This document shows, one piece after another, positions 27,155 through 40,447 of a DNA stretch of 64,000 nucleotides. The stretch covers positions 2,473,970 through 2,537,969 of the forward strand of contig JAWQFM010000003.1 in assembly GCA_033442325.1 (NCBI GenBank). The letters are read 5' to 3'. The stretch comes from Salpingoeca rosetta (lineage: Eukaryota; Protista; Choanoflagellata). Position numbers and translations under genes: made by a program. Each line of letters opens with the position of its first letter. Positions within the stretch are counted from its first letter, which is position 1. A model generated the notes under the pieces. It had not been told where the DNA came from, ran no database searches, and saw nothing but the letters and a program-made list of their open reading frames with translations.

Positions 27155-27800
27155 ATGATTCTGTGTGTCTGTCTGTGTGTATGTGTGTGTGACTGTGTGT
27201 CTGTCTGTGTGTATGTGTGTGTGACTGTGTGTCTGTCTGTGTGTATGTGTGTGTGTGTGTGCGTCTCCGTTCGCTGTTGTGTGTGTGTGTCTGTGTGTGT
27301 GTGTGCGTGTCTGTGCGCGCGTGCGTGTCTGTGTACGTCTCCGTTCGCTGTTGTCTGTGCACCTCCTGTAAGTACACGCGACCTTACGCTGCCGCACCCC
27401 TTCTCCCCCCCCCCCTCCCCGCTCTCCTCCTCTCCTTCGTGTCATTGCCGCTGTTGTTGTACGACATGCTGGTGGACGTGCAATATGGTTTGCGTCGCAC
27501 TGCGCTTCCCCTTCCCCCTCCACTCTCGTCTTTCTCCAATGTCTTCCAATGGTGGCTTCTTGTGAGCTGTTGCATGGGACCGTCCACGCACCTGTTTCTT
27601 ACTTCCTTCGGAGACTGGTTGCGTCGTTACTCTTTGCGTGGGCTCGCCCCCCGAATACACAACTTCCATATGCACTGAACCCAACTCCCACTATGAACAA
27701 CTGACACTCTCGGTCGAATTAACCGAATGAGGAGGTTATAATGCACTGTACACAAGACCTCCGTGATGGTGGACAGGCGCACGAAACGCAGAGAGAGCGA

Positions 27801-27849
<49 letters not shown>

Positions 27850-28094
27850 TCACTCACTCACACACAGCTGTGCAGCTTAGGTGTGTGCAAGCACCAAACA
27901 GCGGGAAGGAGCAGGGGGAGAACAGGACCTAACTAAAAGAAGTACGCAAGTCGTAAGAGCTAGTCAAACAGCAATCAAGCGCATGTAATGAACGTAACAG
28001 AACGAGCTGAGGAGCGGCTGATGCGATGTGGTCATAGGGATGCGATGGGATGTGGTGGTGCTGTGCGGTGGGGCGATGATCACGTGATATCACA

Positions 28095-28338
28095 TCACGT
28101 CCACGGCACCGAAGTGTTGGTGCCGTTGTGACATGGTGGGCAGTGGGAATGTGTTGTGGCGTGGACGCGACGAAAGTACACAATGGAGGAGATGCACAGA
28201 ACAACGATGGAACACGTAATGTAGGCAATTAGGTAGCGGAACCGTGGCGGCAGGTCGCCCTCTCGATACCACAGCACCTAAACACGATCAATTCGGAACG
28301 CAGATGTGAGCTAAGGTAAAGGCGCTCTTGCGAGTGTA

Positions 28339-28383
<45 letters not shown>

Positions 28384-29032
28384 ATGTGTACGTGTGTGTG
28401 TGTGTGTGTGCGTCTGTCTGTCTGTGTGTGTCTGTGTGTCTGTGTGTGTGTATGTGATTGTGTCTGGGTGTGTGTTCATCTATCTGCGTGTTTGCCGCTT
28501 CTTGCACGAAATGTGGGCACTGTCGTGAGCGTGGATAGGGGAATACTCACGAGAACAAACTCGGGGATGGCGACAAGCACCACGCCGACGGCAAAGAAGA
28601 TGTGTATGATCTCCAAGCTGTCTCTGGTGAATGCAAACGCAATGGTCGCCTTCAAAAAGACCGTCAGACGAAGGAGACGACGTAAGTATAGGTGTGTGTG
28701 TGTGTGTGTGAAAGTGGTTGTAGGACCTCTCGTTGCCACAGTACATGCAGACCCACACACGCGCAGACCCACACACACATACACACACACACACATATGC
28801 AGGCACACACACACACGTGCACACACACACACACGTGCACACACACACACACGTGCACACACACACACATGAATACAAACATACGAACAACCACAAAGCA
28901 AACGCACACGATCCATCATACCGTCACGGCGGCGACGGTGACGGCCGCACAAATGTAGTTTGTGCGCTGGACAGACTTTGGGTCCGGCCCAAACAAGGCC
29001 ACGCTGGCGTCATCATCATGATACCCCACCAT
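28095..29032 (-). CDS. TMEM243: TMEM243 (C7orf23/DUF2678) homologue, 3 TM, 130 aa
   Basis: Exons 29032-28922 ([37 protein letters not shown]), 28649-28551 ([33 protein letters not shown]) and 28277-28095 ([19 protein letters not shown]...). Matches the recalled family signature IFFAV...WYRQGDLEPKFR. Confidence 0.88.
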
Positions 29033-29226
29033 CGTCCCTCCCTTCTCTCCATCTGGCACACCAGCAAACGAAACAGCAGCAGCAGCAACGTCGTGTGTGT
29101 CGGTTGGTTGGATATGGGGTGAGGCGAATGAATTGATGAGTCACCATTCGCTTGTTGTTGACATTCTTGGCGTTTGTTGTTTGCTTGCCCTCGACCAACA
29201 ACGAACACGAACGACGAACAGCGACG

Positions 29227-31362
29227 ATGAGTGAGCGAGGGAAGGAGAAGACGCACGGCGTGTTCCAGTGCCTCTATCGCGGGTTCATCCACACAGATTC
29301 CCCGGACGGCAAGTCCATCCCTGGCGAGGCTGCCGTCCAGAAGGCTCACTCCATGCTCAGTCGCAAACGCATCAAGGTGGGCGAAGAGTGCTGGGGCAAG
29401 AGGGGGGGGGCACGGAAAGACGGAAGGAAGGACCAGGAAGGATGCTTTCAACAGCACACATTGTTGAGTGCACTGCTGGAAAGATCACCACCACTGTATG
29501 CTTGTATTTGTTGTGGCGTTGCCGTCAAGAGGACTGGGTGTTATCAGCAAGGCAAGGAACGGGGGCACATCGCCCTTGCCGTGTGTGGTCGATTGGGGCC
29601 TCCTGTGTAGTGTGCATCGAAAGATCTCCTCTCACCCCTTTCGTCTCACTTTGTCTTGCGCACTGTAGAAAACCCGAAAGCTACACCCGCTCTTCGGCCG
29701 CGGCTTTGACACGCCGCTGCTTATGACCGTCAGTTACCATCTCGCCCGCGGCGCGCGCATGTGTGTGTGTGTGTGCCTACTGTGCCCTGGAGTTTCCCGC
29801 ATGACAACTACAACAGCCGTGCCCTTTGTCCCCTTCCTGACATTTCGTTGCGGCGTGCATGCACGCAACTCCGTTGCTCCCTCGATCCCTGTTTCATGCC
29901 GTGCAGATCCAGTCCGGTGCCGTGCGCGTCGATCTGCCAAGCGATGGGAAGACGCAGGGTGCAGTCGTCATGAACTGCCAGCTGCATAAGGTACGTTGAA
30001 TGGTCTCGGATGATCTCAAGTGTCCCACCAGCCACTGTCGCAGTGACGTCTCGCTGTTCGCTTTGTGTTGGTTCCCTTGGTGTATCCCTTTTGGGCTACG
30101 TGGTTTCGTGGTCATTGCCGAGCGCCAGCGACTGCACACAGCTACTAACAGCTGTGCTGCTGGTTTCTTTTCAACTTGCGCCACCACCCCTCGGCTGTGT
30201 TTGCTCATGCCCAACTGCACGGCGACTCCGCCACGTGACGCCAACCACACCAGATTGCGTTCATCAGCCACGTTGCCAATGCGGTCGGCATTGTGGTGAA
30301 GCGGCCGGGCAACGGCAAGTTCAAGTGCCATCTCTTTCTTCTCGACGACGAGGACGGGGTAAGCCAAACGCTTGTCAACAGCAACTCAAAGCAGCAGCAG
30401 ACAAACACACAAAGAAGCATACAAGCAAGCAAACACGTGGGTGAAGCGGCTACTCGTTCTTCATATTCACGCTCTGCTCTTCCTTTCCCCCCGGCGTTGA
30501 TTGCGTTGCCACATCGTGCTTGCAGGCAGTGGAAGTGTGCCGATTGCTCAAGAAGGTGACCAACGAAGCGTTCAATAGGGTAAGTCGGTTCTATGACTTG
30601 CCGTGACACGCTTTTTTGTCTCCGCTTGCAAAACAGTTCATGTTTTTCAGCCACAGCTGTTGCTTCGTTGTATATGCGCGCTTCTCACGCGTGCGTGTGC
30701 TGTGTGCGGTGTCCCTGCGTGATGTGATTGCTGCTCAGCTTCGTCGAGTGAGCTGCCGCCTGCGCAGTAAGCAAATCAAGGAGGGTCCACCGGCTGTTGC
30801 AACACGCAAACCTTCGCTGGCAGATGAAGATCAGCCGTGGTGAGGAGATTGCGCCCGCTCGTGTTGCTGTTGGCTGTTTGCTGTGTGTTGCAGCGCTCCG
30901 TCGTGGCTTGCTCCAATTGCCTCGTGCCTGCAGGCAACAGGACATTCGTGTCCATCGCCATTGTTTTGTATTCTAACCACTATTCGAGTCTAACCACTGC
31001 CAACTGTGTCTACATTGCACATCTCACCACAAGGTTTCACGGGCCCTTGTCACGTGCGCACGCTGAAGATATTTTGCAAGACTATGCAGCAATTGATGGC
31101 CTCTTTCTTGTTCGCCAACGTGAAGGGTATGTATGTACTTGTGCGTGTGTGTGCTCGTGTGTGGATGTGCGCGCGCGTGTGTGTGTGTGGAGGGGGTGTG
31201 CGTGCGTGTGTACTCGTGAGAGAGTGTGTGTGTATGTGTGTGTGTGTGTGTACTCGTGAGAGAGAGAGAGAGTGTGTGTGTGTGTGTGTGTGTGCTCGTG
31301 TGCAAATATCCCCCGCTTTTTTTTTGTTTGGGGGGGGGGGGTGCGTGCGTGTGTCGTCGTGA

Positions 31363-31432
<70 letters not shown>

Positions 31433-32294
31433 AAAGCGTGCAGCATGTCATGGCTTGATTTATTCAGTGCATCGCATCACTTACTCCGTTGCTTTCGTGA
31501 ACTCAACATCTCACTCACATATGCGTGCAGCAAAGAGAATGAGTTTGCTATCAGCTTTGTGGTCGGCGGCATGGTGTTCCACAATCGTGTGGAACGCAAC
31601 AAAGAGGGTGCGTCCTGGGTGGTGTGTCTTCCTTGCTTGCACATCATGTCGTTGCCTGCATGCATTGTGAGTTCGCTTGTTCTTCAGTGCTCATTGCCCG
31701 CTACGTCAACATGCTGCGCTCACAAATGAATCGAATCCTATCCAGGGCTCTACGTCAACAGCAAAGGCACCGTATTTCCCAGTCTGCGGTAAGTTACGAG
31801 CTGCAACAACGCAAAGCAAAACTCAACCAGTGGCGCAACGGGGCGCCATGTTGCGTATTCCACAGCAGTGACTCTTAAGATTGCGTGTGTTTGCACACAC
31901 GCATGCGACGATGCACACAAACATTTTCGTGCAACACACGCACGCACACGCACGCACGCACGCACGCATGCACAAACACGCACGCACGCTCATACATGCA
32001 ACTCATGTACACACGCTGCAGGATCATGATTTCTGAGTACCAGAATCGCCATCCTGACATGCAGTGCATCCTCACGGAATTTGTTCCTCGGGACCGCGTT
32101 GGCGGAGGTGAGCCCATGTGACATCACACTTTTGAACGTCTTGGGGGCTGCACCCTGTTCCCAAACCCAATGTCCATGCCATTGTCCCAATATCATTGCT
32201 GTGGAATGTTGCCGCTTTGGTTGCGCAGGTGTATGTGCGTGTTTCACGACAACAGCCATCGTAGCAAAGACGCTCACCATTACGCGCCGTTTCT

Positions 32295-32362
<68 letters not shown>

Positions 32363-32533
32363 GTTTCGCAGGGGTGGAGTATGCCAACGCGGCTGTCATT
32401 AATCAAGCACGCAAGACGGTATGTACAAGGGGTAGAATACAAAGAGAACAGGATGAGAGGGGCAAACACAAGCGACAGAGCATATCCAACCCACAACGGC
32501 AACGTCTCACCCACCTGCTTTGTGTGCGTGCGT

Positions 32534-32629
<96 letters not shown>

Positions 32630-33348
32630 GCGTGCAGAAGAAGCAGGCGTCGTTCTCGCGGTGGAGCGAATCGGATGTGCGGCAGGTGCTGGAGAACCTC
32701 GACCAGCTTGATCTCGACGGCGACGATGCACCGCAGGACGACACGCCAAAGGTCGAGGACCTCAAGGTGAGCGTGTGTAGATGTGTGTGCGTGTGTAGAT
32801 GTGTGAGCGTGTGTAGATGTGTGTGCGTGTGTAGATGTGTGTGTGCGTTGTGTGCGTTGTGTGTGTGTGATTATTCCTCGCCTCTTACTTGTGCTTATTC
32901 TCCTTGCCCTATTCCCCTCGCTTGCCACTCGCCGTTCAACAACGCAACTGTTGCCTGCAGGTGGCACCCTCTGACGTGCAATTTGACCCCATTTTCGATG
33001 ACGTTCGCTTCGGGTATGTGGACTCGGTCGTATGGTCACACCGCACTGTTCCTCAAGGCTTCCAGTGTGTCCCTCTCACAATACTTTGCTTGCAAGCACT
33101 GGACATTGCTTTGAGCACCTGCATGCCACCATTACGCACACGTGCTCTCGCCTTGCCAGTCATTCCGCGATGTACCATGGCTCTTTCTGCTCTCTTTTTG
33201 TGCTTGCAGATTCGGCAACGAGTTTGTGTCGCTTGTGATGAGTGGAAACACCGAAGTGATTGAACCGTCAGAGGATGTGAACTTGGACAGCGAGTGCTTT
33301 GATCTCTCGTCCATGATGACCCACCTCGACCAAGAGGACGAGTGCTGA
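29227..33348 (+). CDS. PTB + SH2 adaptor protein (Shc-like domain order) with acidic C-terminal tail (~14 exons)
   Basis: PTB-like region: VFQCLYRGFI..., LHKIAFIS...IVVKRPGNGKFKCHLFLLDDEDGAVEVCRLLKKVTNEAF. SH2: QPWFHGPLSRAHAEDIL...GLFLVRQRE..FAISFV...VFHNRVE...MISEYQ...ILTEFVP. Tail includes EYAN and ends HLDQEDEC* at 33348. Confidence 0.85.
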
Positions 33349-33364
33349 TCATGCGTATGCTGTG

Positions 33365-33416
<52 letters not shown>

Positions 33417-33640
33417 ATACCATCTGTGCATCCGTGAATGGGTCTTCCTCTTTCTACGCACGCTTAAACCCCACCCTCACCCTGCTCTCCACGAGACCCA
33501 ACACCATTATCCGCCCACCCAGTTGCCAACGCACTCTTTTGTGGAGCACTGGCTGCTTGCTCGTCTCATTGTCATGCTTGTTGACTAAGGGTCGCGAATG
33601 CTTTCTGTACCGGCTACCATAAAACGGCGCTGGGAACATG

Positions 33641-33752
<112 letters not shown>

Positions 33753-33974
33753 GCAGGAACGAGAGACCAAGAAAGGAGAGCAAACAAGCAAGCAAGCAAA
33801 GGGTACGAGCAGACACACACACAAGCAATGTACAACAGCCAACAGCAAGCAAGGCACAGCCGCCCTGACCACTGCTGTACGAGAACGACGAAACGCACAA
33901 CAGCGACACACCAACGAGGACAACTCAACACACACACACACATGGGTGCACATTTCTTTTCATGTGTTTCAAGC

Positions 33975-34158
33975 TCAGCTCATGCTGGATCGCTTGTACT
34001 TAACGAGCTGGTAAACGCAAGAAGAAACAAAAAGTAGCAATGTGCACGTGAGCTGTGGATGAATGACAGGCAAGATGGGAGGAAATGACGAACATGACGT
34101 GAACCAAGAACAAAACCATCACACAGACACACAGAAACACAGACGCACACACACACAG

Positions 34159-34230
<72 letters not shown>

Positions 34231-36891
34231 GCCAACCTGCTTAAGGGCGTATTCGAGGATGTGCTTGCCATCGCGCTTTGTCTTGTCGAGGCGATGTGTG
34301 ATGCCCATAATGTCGCCGCACTCGCGCACAAAGTACTCCAGGTCATCCTCCGTGCCTGGCGAGACAAAAACAAAAACAAAAAAAAAAAAGGGGGGGAGGG
34401 GGGGTACGTGGTACGACGAGAGGCAAGCAATCACCATGCGCAAGCACATGTGAGTAGAAGAACACCATCAGAACAAAACCAAAACCACACGCGCACACTA
34501 GCTCACTGATCAAGCACCGCAACATCCCGAATACACCAGTTGCGTTCATCTTCACACACACGCGCATGCATACACACACACATACGCATACGCATACACA
34601 CGCACACACACACATACGCATACGCATACACACGCACACGCACACGCACGCACGCACACACGCACGAACTGACATTTGTTTGCGAGCTGGTTGAGCCTGA
34701 CTTTCTCCGAGGAGAAGCTCTCGTCGAGGTCAAACAGGTCAAGGGCAGGTGGGCCCATCTCCCTGAACGTGGGCGGAAACACGGCAGGCTGCAGTGGTGG
34801 CAGGGGCGCCTCAAACTGCGGCTCAATCAGACGCAACTGCTCGTGTGCGACATCAAGATCTGCATACGCCTGCACGGTGGCTGGGATGTGCTTGGTGGAG
34901 ATACCAAAGAGAGAGCCGGAAAAGAGCGTGGTGAAATCGCGGGGGACGTCATCGCTCTCCTGCAGACACACGCGCGGCTTATCTGCTCGCGTGGTGGTGG
35001 TGGTGGTGGTGGGGGGGGGTGTCGTGTGAGGAATGGTTTGGGTCGAGTGATGAACAGAAAACGAGACTGAGCGCGCCAGCAGGCATGTCGCACACACACA
35101 GACACACAGACAAACAAACAAACACACACAGACACACAGACACACAGACACACAGACACACCTGCGAGCTTCTGCACGTGTGGGATGGGGACGTATTCTG
35201 AAATCTCGGGCTCCTCTGCGTCAATGTGGTTGAGCTCAAAGTCGTCGTCTGTCAACCATGACAGCACAACGTCCAGCAGTGTGCCGTTCTCCTCCTGACG
35301 AACATAACCGGTACAGGGGCGAGGCGGAAGGGAGACGTTGTTTGCGAGACATAAAGAAAGGTGCCGCGAAGGCAGGCAGTCGACAACACGACAAAACATC
35401 AAGCGCACAACAAAGGACACATGACACACACACACACACGCACACGCACGCACACGCACACGCACACACACACACACACGCACACGCACACACCTTGTCC
35501 AGGTACTGGTCACTGAAGATGTGGCAGGAGCCAATCACCGCCAGCTTGCCCGGGCGAGACTACAGACAGCAAACGGCGTGAATAGAAAGCATATACGCAT
35601 GACTTTGAGTGAAACATGGCGCTGAACGTCGACAAGTATTGGCAGCGCGGCGTTGAAAGGAAGAAACCAAAACGACAGACAAAACAACCAGCAACGGGGT
35701 GGGGTACAAACAAATGGCACCACTGGTGGTACATAGAACGCACATCGTTGCTGTAGAATGCGCAGGTTGGGCGGTTGAGCGGGATGGAGACGTTGCCTGT
35801 GCTGAGAACGGGAACAGCCGGTGGCTGCACGCTCAGCGTTGCGCCAAACGGGTACAGGTACTGTAAGCTCATCTGATCAAAGGCCGTATCATCTGCCCTG
35901 CCACTGGGCTGCGGTTTTCCCGCCGCCTTGTTGATTTCCCTGTTCAGCACGCCGTTGGAGACCAGGCACTCCTTCGGGTGGTGGTATTTGTAGAAGGTGG
36001 AGCGCACAACAGCGTCGGCGTTTACCATGACGCCGTATTCCTCCAGCAGGAAGTTGATGTTTGTGTCAAAGCGGGTTTCGCCGCCCTCGCCCACCATGAT
36101 GAGTAGGCTCCCGCCATTCTCCAAGTACTGCCGAATCACCTCAAACTGTGGCGCCAAGACACGGAGGACAGAATGAACACAAATAATGCATGCGCGTGTG
36201 AGGGGAGGGGAGGAGAGGGGAGGGGTGTTGTTCGTGCGTGATACACAGCAAGGAAAGATGCTCCACCGCGTCTACGCAAACTGATACAAGCACATCAAAC
36301 ACCCGTTTGTGCGTGTTGATAGGCGCACACACTTATGAATACTACTCACATAACACACGCACACACACGTACAAAAAACACACGCGCGGACATACGCACA
36401 CAGACACACACACACACACACACTCACGCATACATACGGACACACACAGACACGCATACATACGGACACACACAGACACACACACACACACAGAGCGGCG
36501 ACATTACCTCTCCTGCTGTGAACTTTTGTCGCGGGCCGGCGAAGACAAGGACGCGTGCATCCTCCAGCCTCTCTGATGTCAACTCCTCCTTCAACCTGAA
36601 AACGACACGCCAGACACGTGCAAAGTTGGAAGTGAGCTTCAATGCCCTTCAACCCTCCCCCTCCCTCCGCGAAGGACATTGCGCCGAGAGTTTTGCACAT
36701 GTGCAACAGTCACACCACGCGATTCAGGCCTCGTTTACACCACCCTCTTCACCACGCGCAGCCAGGGCGACTTACGATGCGACTCTCCATGTTGATCTGA
36801 GCCTTCGCGTGAGCTGCTTGAACCCACTTCCAGGAGAGAACACCTCTTTCTTGCCGGCATTGAACAAGAGCAGCGGTTTCTCACTGTCCAT
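33975..36891 (-). CDS. IFT52: Intraflagellar transport protein 52 (IFT-B), multi-exon
   Basis: MDSEKPLLLFNAGKKEVF; FAGPRQKFTAGEFEVIRQYLENGGSLLIMVGEGGETRFDTNINFLLEEYG; YHHPKECLVSNGVLNREI; YPFGATLSV; IEPQFEAPLPPLQPAVFPPTFRE..PPALDLFDLDESFSSEKVRLNQLANKC..DDLEYFVRECG; ends LVKYKRSSMS*. Confidence 0.96.
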
Positions 36892-37185
36892 GTTTGGGTT
36901 CTGATGGCGGCTGAGATCTGCGTACGACAGGGTCGCTGGTCACACAGTCAGGTTTTCCACACCACAACCAAGTCCAGTAAGACGCCTCTATCGTCACAGA
37001 ACGTGCACCACAGCCCGTTGTTGGGAAATTCTAGCCAATCCTTGAAGCGAGGCTTAATGTGTTCCGTCCACGGCTCACTCGCTTCGTCGTCTCGTCGCTC
37101 GTTGAGCTTGCTTGTGTGCGTTTGGTTGGTTGGTGTGGCCGTTGCTGTTTGGTCTGTTGTGCTGCGTTTTCGGTCTCAGCGGGCT

Positions 37186-37192
37186 GTTGCCA
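37186..37192 (+). promoter_or_regulatory. RFX X-box half-site GTTGCCA near the inferred IFT52 transcription start
   Basis: Exact GTTGYCA match, about 110 bp beyond a probable 5'UTR intron of IFT52 (GT at 37078, AG at ~36918). IFT genes are canonical RFX targets. Confidence 0.55.
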
Positions 37193-37289
37193 TTGATGAG
37201 CATTTGTTGGAGTTTTACGTTAATTTTCGTACCTCGACGATCTGCCACATTTTCCACCAAACGCAACCTGTTGTGGTGACAAGGCGCTG

Positions 37290-37305
37290 CCGCGAAAAAT
37301 TCGAA
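37290..37305 (+). promoter_or_regulatory. E2F/CDE plus CHR-like composite element CCGCGAAAAATTCGAA upstream of anillin
   Basis: TTTTCGCGG (reverse strand) directly abuts TTCGAA, ~140 bp upstream of the anillin ATG. Confidence 0.5.
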
Positions 37306-37442
37306 TTCCTCCATCATCCAGCAGAAAGATACACGCACGACCTGCGACCATCGATACCATCGATACAGAGCACCACCACCGACTCAAGAGCAGCACCAGC
37401 AGCATCTCCACATCAGCCCAGCGGGCAGCATAGCGAGCCACC

Positions 37443-38399
37443 ATGGCAGCACGCGTCAAAGCTGACATGCGCCGCATGGTACGCCATGCTTGCGTGTGTT
37501 CATTGGTTGCTGCTTCTGTCGGTCCTTGATTGCGTGACATGCACCACAGCATACAGCCACACACATATACACACAACTACACACACACAACTACACACAC
37601 AGCTACACACACACACACAGCTACACACAGCTACACACAGCTACACACACAGCTACACACACACACAACTACACACACAACTACACACACACACAGCTAC
37701 ACACACAACTACACACACACAGCTACACACACACACAACTACACACACACACAACTCATCTCTGCGAACATGTTGCATGCGCAGATGGAAGAGAAGGCGA
37801 GGCGAAGGCGCACGAGGCAGAGTAACGCCGTGAGACTGGGAGATGGCCCTCGCACGACCGAGCTTCCAAGCCGCAACACATCCCAGCCCACCTCCACGCG
37901 GACATCGGACATTGCACCCATCGGCGATGCCATCCTCGCACAAGAACTGACAAAGCCGCCTCTCAAGAGCGGCACCAGCTCACACAGCATCAGCAGCACT
38001 CGCGGCAAGAGCAGCGGTCGACCCAGCATTGGCCGCCGCCGCAGCTCCTTCGCCCCACAGGACCTCGTCAACAACCCCTTTGGCGGTGACATGCTGCTGG
38101 CTGAACAGGATGAGGAAAACGCTCCCGAGCGCAGTGTACCGAAACAGCACGGCAAGCGGGCCCCGCCGCCTGTCGCACCCAAGCGACACAAAGGTGCACC
38201 TGTGCAGCGGCAGGACTCAAGGGCCGCCCTCGGACAGCTGCAGACCAGCACTGAGCGTGCGTACTCCAAACCAGCCGTGACTGCCCCACGCGCCACGGAC
38301 AAGGGCAGGCGAAGCACGTTCAAGTTTGGAGAGGCAGACGCAGACGCAGCCGCAGAGGATGATGGCACGAAGGGCGTGCGTCGTCGCCCAAAGAAGCAA

Positions 38400-38432
<33 letters not shown>

Positions 38433-40398
38433 TCCTCCAGCAGCAGCACTGCTCCCAGTGCCATCAGCAAGCGCCTCACTCGGCGCGCGTCTGTGGAAAG
38501 CTGCCGTGAGTCTGCATACATGGCGGACGCCCTGCCGTACTGCAAGATCCTCAGCAGCGAGGAAGACGCTGAGCGGGAGACAGAGGTGGATGGGGATGAC
38601 AGTGTGGATGAGAGCCGCATGGATCAAAGTGATCACGGCGACGAAGGCTCTGTTGCAGTGGATGGCGGGAACAAAGACGCTGTGCGCGGCATGCAGGACA
38701 ACTCGGCCGACATGAGTGCAGACTCGAGCTACTATGAGTTCCTGGTTGGTCGCCGCCGCTCTGCAGCACCGTCAGCCACAGCCACAACCGCAGATACAGC
38801 CACGAGCAGCAGCAGTGGTGTGAGAGACGCACGCAACATGGACCAGGCTGAGGGCGGCGAGGATGATGATGATGATGTTGACTGCGAGGATGATGTGAAC
38901 GACGCTGATCAGAGCATTATCAAGGGCACGGCAATCGAGTCTGTGCCCCGCACCAGCAGCACAGACAGTGATGATGCATGGCACGAAGTGGAGACGCTTG
39001 CCGAGTTTGCAGGCACGCCCGTGCCGCCAAAGCCAAAGCGCCACCACCGTGGTGCCGAGGCACGCGCAGCCATCGAACACAGCCACCATGCACACGACAA
39101 GGACGACGAAGAACAAGACGTGCAGGGTCGCCTGAAAGGCAGTGGGAACCGGCAGCTGTCGATGGAGCAACGTGAGTTTGCAACTGCATTGTCCAAGACA
39201 GCGTCCGTGCGCGGTCGTTCCAACTCCATCTGCATGGATGCCCCCGTGTCCCAGCAGCAACACCGCAGCAGCAACCAAGCGGATTCCGATGATGATGGTG
39301 ACGATGATGATATGGTTGTGCCTGCAGACAGCTCGGCTCACTCGCGGCACCTTCGTGCGAGCCAGCCGAACCTGAGCAAGCGCCGTCGTGCCAGCAACGC
39401 TTCTGCCTCCCGCCTTGCAGCTCGCAGCGAGGTTGCACTGGATCGGGTTGGCCTGAACGAGGCATTGTCACCGCCTGACTCGCGCATGATGTCCCCGCGT
39501 CGCGCGTACCTGTGCTCGCCAAACTTTGAACGCACAGCATCTGTGCTTGTTGGCCGCAAGTCATCTGATACCAACCACGAGCTTGAACGCCACGAGAAAG
39601 TGCGTATGTGTGTGTATGTGTGTGGGGGAGGTGCGTGTGGGCGCGTGTTTTTGTGTAAGTGTGTGTGTATGTGTGTATGTGTATGTGTGTGGGTGTGTGT
39701 GTGTGGGTGGGTGTGTATCATGTGAGAGTGGAGGCTTGTGGAGTGGTTCCATCATGAAACTTGTCGCGCCACTCACAAAGGGTGTGATTACTTGTGTGCT
39801 TGCTGCTTGCCTCTTCAGGTAATCACTGCAACAGAGCGCATGTGTCAGTTTTATTCCGAGGCCGACAGTATCGAGCCCCTCTACCACAGGAAGGCGGCGC
39901 AGGTCGCACGCGCAGCCATTCTGGCAAAGGTGAGGAGGCGCATGCGTTTCTGCACGTGCTCGTGTGTGTGCTTGTGGTTGTGTGTGCGCTTGTGGTTGTG
40001 TGTGGATGTGGATGTGTGTGTGATTGACCGAGTGTGTGTGTGTGTGTGTATGTGTGTGTGTGTGTCGCAATAGAGCTTCAATGTAGTACCATCTCATCAC
40101 ACTCAACTCATGTTGGTGGTGTGCTGTTACTTTAAAACCAGAGCGACGAGGGCAAGGTCGATACAGCGCTGACCCGGACGGTGACACTGACGCAGATTCG
40201 GCTGCGGTTGCACTGGTGGGCAACCATCCCCAACCGTGAGGCGTCTTCCTTCTTTCTGTTTGTGACACTCCGGTACAAGGACCAGTCATTTGCCACCCGC
40301 ATGGTTCGTGTGGACGGCAGCAGCGACGCCACAGAGGTTTCCTTGCGGGACACCATCTCCTTGTAAGTTGCGCGTGCACGTGCGTGTATTTGTGTGTA

Positions 40399-40447
<49 letters not shown>

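Noticed and set aside
36904-37833. 309-aa ORF spanning the IFT52/anillin promoter
   Set aside because: Crosses promoter, UTR and a repeat-filled intron; no coding character.
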